Shown here in pieces: positions 50,881-63,800 of a stretch of 64,000 bases of DNA (the stretch's first letter is position 1; each line of letters begins with the position of its first letter). The position numbers and the translations under genes are program-made. The notes beneath the pieces are model-generated. The model searched no databases and had not been told where the DNA came from. It saw only the letters and a program-made list of their open reading frames with translations. Source of the stretch: Macrostomum lignano (taxonomy: Eukaryota); contig NIVC01003176.1 of the NCBI GenBank assembly GCA_002269645.1, forward strand, positions 1 to 64,000. Direction: 5' to 3'.

Positions 50881-52848
50881 TGCTTGAGCTTCTTGGAGGG
50901 CGAGTCGGTGAGGGCGGAGGACCTCTTGCGGGTGAGTCTGGGACAGGCGGCTCCCACAGCGAGTCCCTGAACGTCGCTGGTCAAGCCGCTGTGCAGAGCG
51001 TCGGGCTGGACGCTGGAGGTGGCGGCAGGTGCAGCGGTGAGGGTCCGAGAGTCGCCGTCTTCATCGTCAGCCGGAAGCTTCGCAGGCGGTGGCGGCGGCG
51101 TGGACGATGGCGAGGACCGCGGCGAGATGCCAGCGCTGCTGCTGGCTGCGTCATCCCAGCGATGAAGCTGCAGCTTCCACTGCTTGACGCAGCCGTCCCA
51201 GGCTCTGCGGGACATTCGCACGAACTTGTTCGGAGTTCGCGGGTCGCCCTTCTCCCGCAGAGGCTTCGGCACCGACTTCACGTAGTTCGCGTACGCCGTC
51301 AGGTTCTTCGACTTGTCGATGTCGCGCTGCCGACGCAGCAGAACCGCCTCATCGTCCTCCATCTCGAAGCAGCTGCCGTCTGAGGCGTTTGAGTTCAGCG
51401 ATGAGTTCAAGTTGCCTCCCACGCTGCTGTTGAGGCTCTGCGACAGCCGCTTCTGCGCCTGCTTGGCCTCGTAGCGCTGCTTGTCGAGTCGCGTCGTCTC
51501 GAACAGCTCGTCCTGCTTGGCCCAGTCAGTGTACATGGGGATGCGCTCCTTCACCTGGGGATGGGGTGCGGCTGCTCAGTACCTGGGATACCTGGGATGG
51601 GGTGCGGCTACTCAGTACCTGGGATACCTGGGATGGGGTGCGGCTGCTGAGTACCTGGGATACCTGGGATGGAATGCACTCATTCATCTGGGGATGGGTT
51701 GCGGCTGCTCAGAACCTGGGATACCTGGGATGGGTGCGGCTGCTCAGAACCTGGGATACCTGGGATGGGTGCGGCTGCTCAGTACCTGGGATGCCTGGGA
51801 TGGAGTGTGGCTGCTAAGAACCTGGGATACCTGGGACGGGGTGCGGCTGCTGAGTACCTAGGATACCTGGGGATGGGGTGCGGCTGCTCAGTACCTGGGA
51901 TACCTGGGATGGAATGCACTCATTCACCTGGGGATGGGTTGCGGCTGCTCAGAACCTGGGATACCTGGGATGGGTGCGGCTGCTCAGAACCTGGGATACC
52001 TGGGATGGGTGCGGCTGCTCAGTACCTGGGATGCCTGGGATGGAGTGTGGCTGCTAAGAACCTGGGATACCTGGGACGGGGTGCGGCTGCTGAGTACCTA
52101 GGATACCTGGGGATGGGGTGCGGCTGCTCAGTACCTGGGATACCTGGGATGGAATGCACTCATTCACCTGGGGATGGGTTGCGGCTGCTCAGAACCTGGG
52201 ATACCTGGGATGGGTGCGGCTGCTCAGTACCTGGGATACCTGGGATGGAGTGTGGCTGCTAAGAACCTGGGATACCTGGGACGGGGTGCGGCTGCTGAGT
52301 ACCTAGGATACCTGGGGATGGGGTGCGGCTGCTGAGTACCTGGGATGGGGTGCGGCTGCTCAGAACCTGGAATACCTGGGATGGGGTGCGGCTGCTCAGT
52401 ACCTGGGATACCTGGGATGGGGTGCGGCTGCTCAGAACCTGGAATACCTGGGATGGGGTGCGGCTGCTCAGTACCTGGGATACCTGGGATGGGTGCGGCT
52501 GCTCAGTACCTGGGATACCTGGGATGGGGTGCGGCTGCTCAGTACCTGGGATACCTGGGATGGGGTACGGCTGCTCAGTACCTGGGATACCTGGGATGCT
52601 CCCAATACCCCAGCAAGCGCACGCACCTGCCGCAGCTCAATGCTTGGATCATATCGCAGGTGTCTCGGCACCCCGCCAGCCAGGCTGTTCCGCCCGCCAG
52701 CAAAGCCGTGGCGCCGACCGCCCCTGCCAGCCGGTGAGAAGCTGGCGGCAGCGGAGGCTGGCAGCGATGGCCGCGAGATTCGACTCCGGGACCTGCTGGT
52801 GTCCCTGCGGCGCTGCGGCGAGGCCGCCTTCCTGTGACGGGTCTCCAT
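50877..52848 (-). CDS. SLBP: Histone RNA stem-loop binding protein; 2 exons, ~299 aa
   Basis: Exons 52848-52627 and 51554-50877. RNA-binding domain EDDEAVLLRRQRDIDKSKNLTAYANYVKSVPK..DPRTPNKF..SRRAWDGCVKQWKLQLHRWD. Exon 1 was assigned from ATG, donor and phase only. Confidence 0.92.
51555..52600. repeat. ~36-bp minisatellite filling the SLBP intron
   Basis: Unit GGGTGCGGCTGCTCAGTACCTGGGATACCTGGGATG, with ~240-bp higher-order repeats. Confidence 0.96.
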
Positions 52849-53383
52849 AATTATACACAAAGCTTTGATTCGGTCTAGTATATAAAACAAGCTTTTAAGT
52901 TGTCTCTCTGTAGTGTGTACAGAAAGTAGAATGATTAGTATATTTTTATTATTGTACAGGCAAAATAATTTAATATGCATTTTATTATAAAAATGAATTT
53001 ATCAGCGTTGCTAATGAAAATTTTAACTTCTGTTAATTGCAAAAGTAAAAATATTTAATAAAAACTACTTCTATATAAAATACTACTAAGAGTATGTATA
53101 AAGTAAAATAAGTAACTTTTGTAATCGAAATCTGAAATAACTCATAATTTTAACTCATTAATTGCATGATCATCATAAACAGAGATTAATTAGACAAGTT
53201 AGAATGTTTTAACTTCTTATCAGACTTATTGACTATTTAGTAATGAAGTGGTGCTCAACACTATTATTAAATAAGTTAATGTACTTGGGGAATAAATTTA
53301 AATATTATAGTTCATTCCTCATGTTCCTGTTTTATTAGGAATAACTAAGCCAATTATACAATAGGAACTAAATCAATTACATT

Positions 53384-53753
53384 TAGGGATTGACTGACCA
53401 TGATTTTTTGTGCGTGATTGGAACTAGACCATGAATAAAACTATGTGTGACCATGAATTTTATATAACATTCATTTTAATTTTAATTCAAGTTAATTAAT
53501 ACTACCAAGTCTAGTAATTTTTATTGATTTTTAAGCTTTGTTTTATCATGTTTAATGTTTGACCATATTTAATTATGTGGCTTTGTTGCATCTGTGCTAA
53601 TTTGCTGCAATTTTGGTTTGCTTTGGATGTGCTAATTTAAAAAAATTAAAGTTTTATTACACAAAATTCATTAATTGTGATTTGCAAGACTATGCCTGAT
53701 TTTTTTGTGATCATATTTTTTGCGATTGTGACTATGATCACAGCCAATCCCTA
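53384..53753. mobile_element. MITE, copy A
   Basis: TIR-like ends TAGGGATTGACTG / CAGCCAATCCCTA; no TSD seen. A homologous inverted copy lies at 55132. Confidence 0.7.
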
Positions 53754-55131
53754 TTCTATTCCAATTCCAATATTGATTCCACATTTTTCTAGGTGTCCTA
53801 AAGTAATATACACAGTAATAATGAATAATAAAACAATGTTGGTGATATTCTAGTTTGTTTTACAATATTATTTTGAAGTTTGAATTGGTACCACAATATA
53901 GTGCCACAATATGAGGCTGGGCTAAGTACTAGATTAAAAGATAGGCCTAAAATATTATTGATAAAGCATTTTCTGACATCATTTCCTATTTTTTTGGCTC
54001 TATCATTCATCATTCAAAACTTATCATTTTTGTCATAGTACTAAGCTTAAATATTGTAATCTAATTTAAAACATTGCTAAACAAACTATTAGATTGGCAC
54101 AATATTTAGTTAATTGCAAAATTAAGTTATTACTAAGCCTACCACTATCATGAAATAGATATTTTTGTCTACTAGTAGAAAAAACTAATAGACAAAATGA
54201 AAAATTTCAGCTTTTAATTTTGCTTATGTCATATTTTCTTAATTTTCAATCATATTTTACATTTGTTTTTATATTTTTAATTATTTATTTTGCAATTTGT
54301 CATTTTTGTTTAGTTTTTATAATAAGTACTTTTAAAAGGATTGATAAAAGATTGATAAAATGATTATTTTCATTTTTAGTATATAGGAAGGTTATAAGTG
54401 GATAACTTGGCCATTTTTGTATCCTAAGTTCAAACACAATGTATCCTTATATTGGTTGAACCTGAGAATTTTCTATGCCAAGTGTATATAACAAGTAGGA
54501 TTTATCTTAGTGAGATGCAAAAATATGCCAAAACTTTTTAATACAAAAACCGTTTTTAGATTATAGGCATTATATACTTTCAGTCTACCTAAGTCTAAAA
54601 TACATAAAGGGACTATGAAAACATTTTACTATTTTAAGTGAAAAATTTGGAACTATAACAATATGTTCCTATGATTCTATGCAATTGTATACCTTTTCTA
54701 ACTTAATGGCATTTATGCAGACCCTAAATTATCTATTATTAAATAATTTATATATTGTTTTACATACCAATTTTTTATAATTCCTAGGATTTCAAAATTA
54801 TTATCTATTGTAACATTAGAATGTATATGCTTATGCAAATTCTTTAAATCAAAGAGACTCAGGTCATAGCAATAGGGAGATAGTATATACAGCATAGAAA
54901 TGTCTATGCCATTGCTGCACAAGCAAGATATGCTTTTCTCACATGGTCATACTATGGATATCAGCCAGTATGCACTATGTAACAATGTATATTATATATA
55001 TATGCTGAGAAACATTATTGCACATTGATCAATATATAGTATTAAAATATAAAGAAAAAAGTAGAGATGTTGGTGTTTTATTTAATTTTGTACTTTTTGA
55101 CTAATTTTAAGTTTGACATCTAAGTTGCATT

Positions 55132-55375
55132 TAGAGATTGACAGTAATAATGGTCACAATCACAAAAACCATGATCACAAGAAAAAAATACTCATAGTCT
55201 TTTGCCTATTATAATTTATGAATTTTGAGAATTAAAATAATTTTCAAGTCATAGCACAACCAAAGTAAACTAAAATTGCAACAAATTAGCACAGATAAGC
55301 TTAAATATCAATAAAAATTATTAGGCTTGGTAGTATTAATAGTAATAGTTCTGTTTAAATTAAAATATGTACTAG
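55132..55375. mobile_element. MITE, truncated copy B in opposite orientation
   Basis: Starts TAGAGATTGAC; the reverse complement of 55150-55345 aligns to ~53495-53735. Confidence 0.68.
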
Positions 55376-55589
55376 TGCTATGCCTTTATAATAGTATACT
55401 CGAATGTTCTTTCAATAACTGTATATTCGAATCTTTCCTAGAAACTGAATCTACGCGAAACGCTAAATAATAGTTTGTTTTAATGTGCGAAATAAATTGG
55501 GGAATTATTTTTTGTTTTAATGGTATGGGAGGGAAACCACTATATATAGGAGTGGTTTTGCGGCAAATATACTCGAACTGTCTTTTACC

Positions 55590-56095
55590 TGTGAGCAATA
55601 TTGCGAACAAAATAAGCAGTTCAATCTAAACCTTTCAAAGTCTTCCGAGTTGAATAAACGACTTATTTATTTGCAAAGTCTGAGAAACGATTCTAAGAGA
55701 TCTGCTAAGAAAAGGGAATCGGGGGATAATTCGCAGAAGTATTAAGAGAGGCGCCGTGACCCTCTAGTCTTGGTAACGCCCGATTAGGACTATTCACTAA
55801 TACATATACCAGTACTAGACCGCTCAGGCCATAAGCTACCAGAACGCTACCAGAAGGCAAGCCATAAGCTACCAGAATGCTACCAGAAAGCAGGCCATAA
55901 GCTACCAGAACGCTACCAGAAGGCAAGCCATAAGCTACCAGAATGCTACCAGAAATGCTACTAAGAACGCTACCCAGAAATATTTAAATGAAATTCTAAG
56001 AAATAGTTAGGGAGTAAAAACAAGTATAATCAGGATAACTGTAGTTGGCAAACAGGAATAACCCCTGTTACAACTTAGTGGCAATAGAGGGATAA
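55590..56095. mobile_element. LTR-like segment (TG...CA) with internal ~32-bp repeats, followed by a degenerate PBS-like motif
   Basis: TGTGAGC at 55590 ... TGTTACA ending 56072, then TGGCAATAGAGGGAT at 56079 (tRNA-Leu-like, degenerate). The AATAAA position makes orientation ambiguous; no partner LTR or TSD found. Confidence 0.45.
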
Positions 56096-56719
56096 TTTGA
56101 AGGGACAGAAGTAAGCCCTGCGACAACTTTATAATATAAAAAATTGGTAATCAGCATAGGTTTTAGCCTACTTTGACAAAAGAATTTTTGGCAAAAGTCA
56201 TAATGTTGAAAAATACTTTTGCAATGACTATTTTGTCTAAAGCTGACCATTTCAGTGAAAAATTTATTCTAAGCTTTGCTAAAGAGTTTTTTGCTCTAGA
56301 AGAAAGTTAAAACCAAAATGACGAACTTTATAAATACTAATTTTATCATGACATGTTTTTGTTTTGTCACAATTAAATTCAGGGCCTAGTTGTTTTATGC
56401 TTTTCCTATTTTTTTTCTAATTCCTTTCCTTTCCTATTTCCTATCTTTCCATTATGCCATAATGAAAAGATGCCTTTCCATTATGGCAAAATTTCAAAGT
56501 ACAATTTTAAGAGCCTGGATAATCTGAAAAACCACAACTTCATCATCCCTAATCTATTGACTACATATTGATAGATTGCATGTACATAACACAGCTACAA
56601 ACTAAGTCATGAGTTTTTTAATTTTCTAACTGCAAATAATTTGCAGCAATGAACAATTTATTAAAACTTCAATCACCAAAGTGGTAGGCCTATATTTGCA
56701 ATATATATATGTATGATAT

Positions 56720-57830
56720 GTGCTCACAGTGGTTGGTAGCACCATGCAATACCCTTTTGCCTTTCTGATCTGCAACCAGAAATCAGATACTGTCATTAAA
56801 ATCCTGCAGGAGAGAATCTTTAGTGAGTACAGACAGTGCCACTGGATTCTTACCAATAATGGTAAAACATTCTCCAGCAGGCAGTTCAAGGCTTTTTGTG
56901 AACTCCATAATGTCAAGCAGACATTCACTACCCCTTATCATGCCCAGAGCAATAGCTTGGTAAAAAGGTTCAATAAGCAGATAAAGTCTATTATTACCTG
57001 CCTTATCAAGAAAGTCCATAATAACTGGGATCTGATGATTCCAGTTGCGCTAGTTGCTGTCCAAACCAGTGTCAATCAGACAACAGGTTTCACACCCTAT
57101 TTCCTGTTATTTGGAAGGGAAGCTGTGTTACCTATGGACAATCAAATCAAGGACTCAAAGCACTACGCAGGCTATCCATCCTATAATGTGAAACTTGTAA
57201 AAAAGAAATTGGAGAAGGTGATAAACCAAGGACAGACTGCTGCTGAAACTAGCAAACAGCCAAAAGAAGTACCGTTAGGAAGTTTAGTGCTTATTAATAA
57301 CCTGCAACTAGATAACGAGGAGTCGCATAAAATCCATAGACAGCGAAGATTAGCATACCGAGTTTTGAAGCAAATTTCAGAGGTAGTATTCAAGGTGCAG
57401 AAGGAAGAAGAAGGAAAGCTAATAGGAATAGAGTTGTTAGTGCATAGGGACAACTTAGCTCTAGTGCCAAATTCAGTTAAAGAAATTGCCGCCAGCTAGT
57501 TAGACAAAACTGCGACTGCGAGAGAGCCTAAAGTTAAAGGAAGCCAGCGCAGTACCACAGAAGCAAAAGTTAAGGAAAGCTACCCCCGGAGGGAAGAGAT
57601 GGAAGAAGAAGAATCAGAAGATAAAGACCGCCTGAATTGGCAAAATCAGAGCAAGACAGTGAAGGCAAAGATGGAGCATCAAGTGAGTCAGATAGTGAGA
57701 TCTTTGAAGAAGAAGGCAATGATAACAAAGAAGCAGAACTGACACAAGAGGAAGAGAGAGAAGAGCTCAAACCTGAGCAAGAGCCCATTGAGATTACTAA
57801 AGAGGCGCCTAGGCTTGTAGTCAGATAAAG
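56720..57830 (+). mobile_element. Ty3/Gypsy integrase relic with acidic tail; catalytically dead
   Basis: ILTNNGKTFSS..F..FC...V....TPYHAQSNSLVKRFN, W..IP..L.A..TS.N.TTGFTPYFLLFGRE. The DDE residues appear mutated (LTNNG for xxDNG, VKRFN for VERxN). Confidence 0.92.
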
Positions 57831-57959
57831 CCCCCGAATAGGTGCTCATGCTACCTGAAGAGGCTGATTATGGTATGGCACCTATTGCCTAATCTGACCT
57901 ATTGAGAGATGAGAAACAGGAGAAAGGGTGCGCACAGGCGCAAAGGCTAGGGGAGCAAT

Positions 57960-58150
57960 CCCATTGGAAGAGAGGAGTGGTGTGAGGAGAGCCAATGAGA
58001 GCACAACATTGGGAAATTGGCTGTCTAAGCAAATCAGAGATCACAATCTATCCCAGGATCCCCCCTGGGAGAGGCCTATATAAGCGAGACCCCTGAGCCC
58101 CGGAAGCCATTCATATTTCCTAGAGAAGCCGAGAATTTTGGATAAGTATG
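57960..58150 (+). promoter_or_regulatory. Internal Pol II promoter for the downstream ORF
   Basis: CCAAT/ATTGG at 57963, 57992, 58008, 58016; TATATAAG at 58077; CCATTCA initiator-like site ~58107; ATG at 58148 with A at -3. Confidence 0.6.
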
Positions 58151-59660
58151 AGCAATCAAGGAGAAGACGAATTCTTCCTGCTCAATGAGCTACTAAGCTT
58201 TAACAATCCGTATGATCTCCAAGAGGAGATAGTGGTAACAACTGCTGAACCTGGCGCAGCTGTGAATGCCAAACATGGCTCAGCTACTGCCGAATCTGGC
58301 TCAGCTACTGCCAAATCTGGCCCAGCTATGGCTGTCGACCCAGGTGCAGCTGCGACCGCCAACGTGGGTGCCGCCACTATAGTCAATCTGGGCACCTCCG
58401 GATCAGCCGAGGCAGCCGCAGTTGCTGAAGCAGACACCCTTGACAATCGGAGCACAGTCCCAAAATGGCCACCATTTGTGGCAATAGGGATCTGGAGGCT
58501 CCCGAAAGGCAGCCCACCATGCCCGCCAAGCCCGAAGCACGCCTGAATTCAGTAGTGAAGCGAATTGGGTTGCCGGTTTGGGCTCTGGTGCAGCCAAAGA
58601 AACCTGCTACAACGAGAATCCTAGTGTCTCAGGCAGCTGAAAGTTGGGCTGCTCTTTTACAGCGGCAAGCGAATTGAGTTCTTGAAAATCCCAATGTTGC
58701 TAGAAGGAACCCCAAAGCGGCTAGCTCTGCGGTGATGCTGTGCCTTGGCCCCGCGGTCAGGAGGATCCTGCCAAAATCACAGCAACAGCCGCCGGCGCAA
58801 CAGCCATTGCCCAGGGGACGTTTGGCTAGGCAGAGATTGTTGGCGCAGCAAGAGACAGCGACGGTCCCCTACACGGCAGTAGCAGCAGCAAAAGCCACCG
58901 GTGCAACCGCTGCAGCAGCCGCCACACCCACAGCTGATGCCGCAACCGCCGCAGCAGCTGCCATACCCACAGCAGCAGCCGATGCCACAATTACCGCAGC
59001 AGCCACCGCACCTACAGCCACAGCTGGCATTGCAACCACCACAGTAGCCAATGCCGCAACTGCTGCAGTAGCCGCCGCACCCGCAGCCACTGCTACAACA
59101 GCCGTCAACATATCCAAAATAGCTACAACCACAACAATGGCCGCTGCTATACCAGCAGCCTCTGCAATAGCCACCATAGCCACAGCCAATGTGGCTCCAG
59201 CCATCGCAACCGCAACTTCAGCAGTCTTTTCAACAACCACTTCATGTCACAGCCGTTGCCGCAATCTGCCTGCGGCATGACCCAACCTTAATATCAGCAG
59301 CAGCCTGGACGAAAGCCATTTCCACACCCCATTGACAAGAATGAACTAGGTGCCAATCTTAGTCAGGTGCTAAGTGAGATGCCGGAAGTGCGCCATGCCC
59401 ATTTTAAGAAAATGATTGCGATGATAAAGTCCTATCTCATGAGGATAACCAATGTCAGGCTGGACCAGGCTTTGGCACAGAGAGCTCATGTCCAGCCAAT
59501 ACTCAACCTGCTAAGCAATGACTATTCGCAGGAGCAAGCGATTGCCACCTGGAGGCGAGCAGTCACCTATATGCTACAGGCGCTACGAATGGCAGGACAA
59601 CCGTATTACGCCACCCTACTCCAGATAGAGATAAGGTGGATGGCCAAAATCCTAGGCTAA
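58148..59660 (+). pseudogene. Decayed ~500-codon accessory ORF (acidic N-terminus, Pro/Gln-rich linker, helical-looking C-terminal domain)
   Basis: Pieces 58148..58546, 58465..58860, a PQ-rich frame 58860-59290 broken by TAG/TAA, and 59292..59660 ending ...IEIRWMAKILG*. Confidence 0.6.
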
Positions 59661-60199
59661 GGACGACAGCCACTGCCAGAGGAATTTGAGATGGAATGAT
59701 GTAGAATTGCGAGATGAACTGATCATTACAAACGCATGCCTATCCCATTTATTATCTTTGTGTTTATGTTGCTTTTTATTGAATATCCTATGGTGCTATT
59801 TCATCCTATGGTGTTTTCCTTTGAATATCTTATAATAACTTTTGCAACTATGTGCCTACACCGCGCTACCTTTTTCTTTGTGCACGCATTCACCATGTGC
59901 TTATTTTTAGGACTAAAATTCTGTGCATTAATACTTACTTTGCTTGCCCATTTGCCAATCGCATATGCTCCTTTTTATACATGTTATTCTGCACATGTTA
60001 TAGTCATTTTTGCTTTTAACAATGCACTTTTGTCATATATTACTGTTAGTAGACACCTTCAGCATTGAATAATTTTAGCATCAATTAATTTCTCACTCAT
60101 ACTTTTATTCAAAATTAATTGCTAGAAAAGCCAGTTGATGTAGGCCCAATTTAAATTTTTGCATCACTATGGAAACATAACTTGGAAAATAATATTTTT

Positions 60200-60866
60200 G
60201 TTTAAATGAATCTGGTCCCCCACCCTAATTTTAGTATAAATATACAGGAGTTTTGCACCCAAAGAGGCGACCAAGCTTTTTACTCGATCTTGAATTCAGA
60301 GGTGATTTGCTTAAGAAAATTAGAGGTGTTCAAGCCTTCCCTATTTGTCAAAAGCTGAGAGCAACTGCTCATTGGGCAAAGGTGGAATCTACTAAGAGTA
60401 TCAGACTAACAGTCTACAAGCCAATAAGCGGACCCACAAAGAATGGAGGCGTGATCAGCCAATAGACAAAGGAGAATTATCCCAATGGCTATTTCGAATC
60501 GAACAGCCAATGACAAGTTGTGAATGACATAAGCAAATCTGTAGACAGGAAACCAGAATTCACCAGGCACCCTCGGTCCATTAGAGAAGCTGCTTTTTAG
60601 GACTTAGTCACCCCCTTAGCTAAACAATGTCTTGCTGCTCAGGCACTGTGCACTACCAGGGCAATCCGTACTTATATGAAAGCCCATAGTTCTAACCTTG
60701 TAACTTAGTAATTCTAGGAATTCTAACTGGTTCAAATGGCCAGCTTATACATAAACCTTTAAAATTATAAAACTCACTCCAGGATACTCAAGAGCTTTGT
60801 AGCATCAGCAGGATAAGTTAAAATTAAAAATAAAATCCTCTAACAACTTGGTAACAACCGTAGGAT
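60200..60866 (+). mobile_element. Second LTR-like segment with PBS-like motif
   Basis: CCAAT cluster 60421-60512, TATAAAA 60766, AATAAA 60829, end ..TAACA 60845, then TGGTAACAACCGTAGGAT at 60849. The left boundary is uncertain and no internal ORF follows. Confidence 0.55.
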
Positions 60867-63800
60867 TGTGATAGGGCAGAAAGAACCCCTAGAACATATA
60901 GCCCATCTTTTTGCCAAACTGGTCACTTTCTTTTGCCAAAATGTACATCTATTGAAACTTAAAATTCATTTTTGCCAAAGTGTCTTTTGCAAAAAAATCT
61001 TTTGCTGAAATAGGTTGCACCTGATTTATGCATGGTCTAGTTCCCATAGTTTGGAATATCCTAAATGTGTGCCGGACTAAAATCTCCTACAATTTATTTG
61101 GTATGCCAGTGTACACCAATTTTTTATAACCCAAATTATAATTCTAAGAAAAAACACTTGAGGCTTATTATAAAATTTTGTTTTTTCTAATATTGTGCTG
61201 CACCAATTGACCTTTTTTGCTTGTTCATTTTACTTTTTTGCCTTTTCGCTTTCAAAAAAATTACTTTCTATTTGAATTTGCTTTTATTTCATAATTTTAT
61301 TCTATAATTGCAGGAACATGTTTGCCACTTTTTTATTATCTATTCTTATACACCAAATAGGGTCTAGTATGCCAGATTAAAAAAAATAATATGTTAAGAT
61401 ACCAAGTATTTCACAAAAGTCATGGGTGTATGTTAGATTAATCCGGTATGCCACCTTTCTTCTAGACTTTGGAGTAGGCCCAATGGTCTAGTTTTAATGA
61501 CACAAAAAATCATGGTTGGTTGATCCCTAAAACAGAATAACATTGCAAAATGTGAAATCTATAGCTATTAACAGCATCTATAGCTATCTATATAAATTGC
61601 AGAATGACTACAGATTCTATTAACTTTAAGAAAAATGCAAATGCAAGATAGCTAAATGTCTAAGGCTAAAATGCAGTATGAACTATTATATTACAACAAT
61701 AAAGTCTTCAAAATTTGACCAAATTGCTAAAGAGAAAATTATGATAATATTTTCAACACCCATCATTAGCCATATTTTTCATGAGACTGAGAGAACCTAG
61801 GCACCTATACTTACATTTTTTATAGGCCTACATATTTTATTTAGTCCAAAGTTGTGAAGACAAAAACAACAATAATATTGAAATGACAGTTGACAATGCC
61901 CTATCTATAGGCCTAGTAAAACTTGTACAAGACTACAATTGCAAAACAGCAATGCTAGCATAGTACATTGTCATTTGTCAATACTACTTACAATACAATA
62001 ATGGTAGGGCCTACACCACGTCACCACCTAGCCTGAAGCCACTAGTTTTTGACTTTTTGTTGATTAAATTGACTCAATCTAGGCCCTATCTAAATCTAGT
62101 GAATCCAATAATAAGCTTTAAATGGCTAGCACGTGCAGAATTCACACATGAACTAAGACTGTATAAATGGCAATGCAAAACGCACAAGTGCCTTGTCAGT
62201 TTCAATTCAATGTCGTCGTATGTAAACAAATCAATGTGAATTTATAGCGGCAACAATCGAAGGCTTGGGCCTTTTCATATTGCTTGTTCTGGTTCCAGAA
62301 CCAGAACCAATTTGTGAAGTATAACTTTTTGTCTCCATAACTAGAGGGAGATACGTGCTATAAAGTTTTTATTATTGAATGACAATCGCCAAAAAGAAAG
62401 TGAAAAATTGTGCTGAGGTTGTTAAGGCAGTCAAACATACAACAGAATTAAATAGTTATACTCCTGTTTTTCTTGGAAGATCCGAACCGATTCTGATTCT
62501 GGAATTGGTAATATGAAAAGCCTCCTTGATATTAATAAACACCAAGACACTTAAAAAAATAATATCAGATTGGGCAAATATTTCTACCAAAGTTATAAAA
62601 CATGTTTTAAAGTGTACTACACAAGGTAGAAAGCTAAATATTAGTTTTTAAAAAATAAAAACAAGTAGCAGAATCTCAATGAAACATAGAAACTTGATCT
62701 GGAGTTTGTTATTATAAAACGATGTGTACTTAACCTAATCCAATCGAATTTGCTATTGATGTTAACGGTAATTTAAAAGTTCTTACAGGCCAAAAAGTAT
62801 GGCCCAATTTTTTTTGCCCACGCGGCTGAGAGGGGCATGCATGCCCCCCTTGCACTAGGATCCAACACTGATTGGAATCCAGCAGCCAGGCCTTCCTACG
62901 GGAAATCTGGTCGGAATCCAACGACCTATGGTACATGTATATGCAGACCAATTAACTTAATCCCGTCAAATTCCAACCGTCGAATTCCGACCAAATTTTG
63001 CGGAGCACAAGTCTGACTGGATTCCGATGAAGTATTCAGATGACTAGCTGCAGCATGTTTTTTCATGCAGCGGTTCTCATCATTTGGCGCGAATTCGGCA
63101 AAACAATTTTGTGCAAAGTGACTTGATATTCGTTTGCTGAAAATTAAAGAATTTTTTCTAAAGTTAAGATTCTCGCGAGAATTAGTCAGCTTTATATGTA
63201 CGCCAAAGACTCAACCCTTACAGAGATAGCAAGCTACAGGCGTCCAATTCGGTTAATTAATTTCGTATTAAATGCAGTACATGTATCACGTACAAGTTTA
63301 GTTATACCTGCTGTACATTTTGAACGCGTACGACCGAATCTGTAAGACTCCTCCTCAGGTCAAAAAAATCATTCGAATTCTTAAAATGTGTACATTTCAG
63401 CAAATGAAAACACACTTCGATCTCAGCAAAGCTTGCAATTACGCTTACACACCTATGAATAGCTACCTTAGCTTGAGTCCTGCTGTGGCTCACTCTCGAT
63501 CCCTTGAAAAACAGAGCTCAAGCGTGTACACGTACGAGTATACGACGCTGCTTTGTTAGAATTTAATTCAATTAGTTGGACTTGAAAAAGCAATTTCTGC
63601 TGCAATTTTATAAAGCCGCGCACACCACTATCACAATTCACAAAGTGCATAATGCGCATGTACACGTCGGAGTTACCCAAAAATGACTTTATTCTGTGGC
63701 AAGTTTGTAAAATTTATATGCTTTAGCACGTGTATGACGCTATTATATGTATGATTTTCCAGACAATAGGACAAATATACCAAAAATTATTTTCAAAAAG

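Noticed and set aside
59736-60068. 110-aa hydrophobic ORF that could be an env transmembrane region
   Set aside because: T-rich repetitive MITE-like DNA; the hydrophobicity follows from base composition.
62832-62858. Perfect 16-bp palindrome GGGGCATGCATGCCCC followed by CTAG (Helitron 3'-end-like)
   Set aside because: CTAG is followed by G rather than T, and no 5' TC end or second copy was identified.
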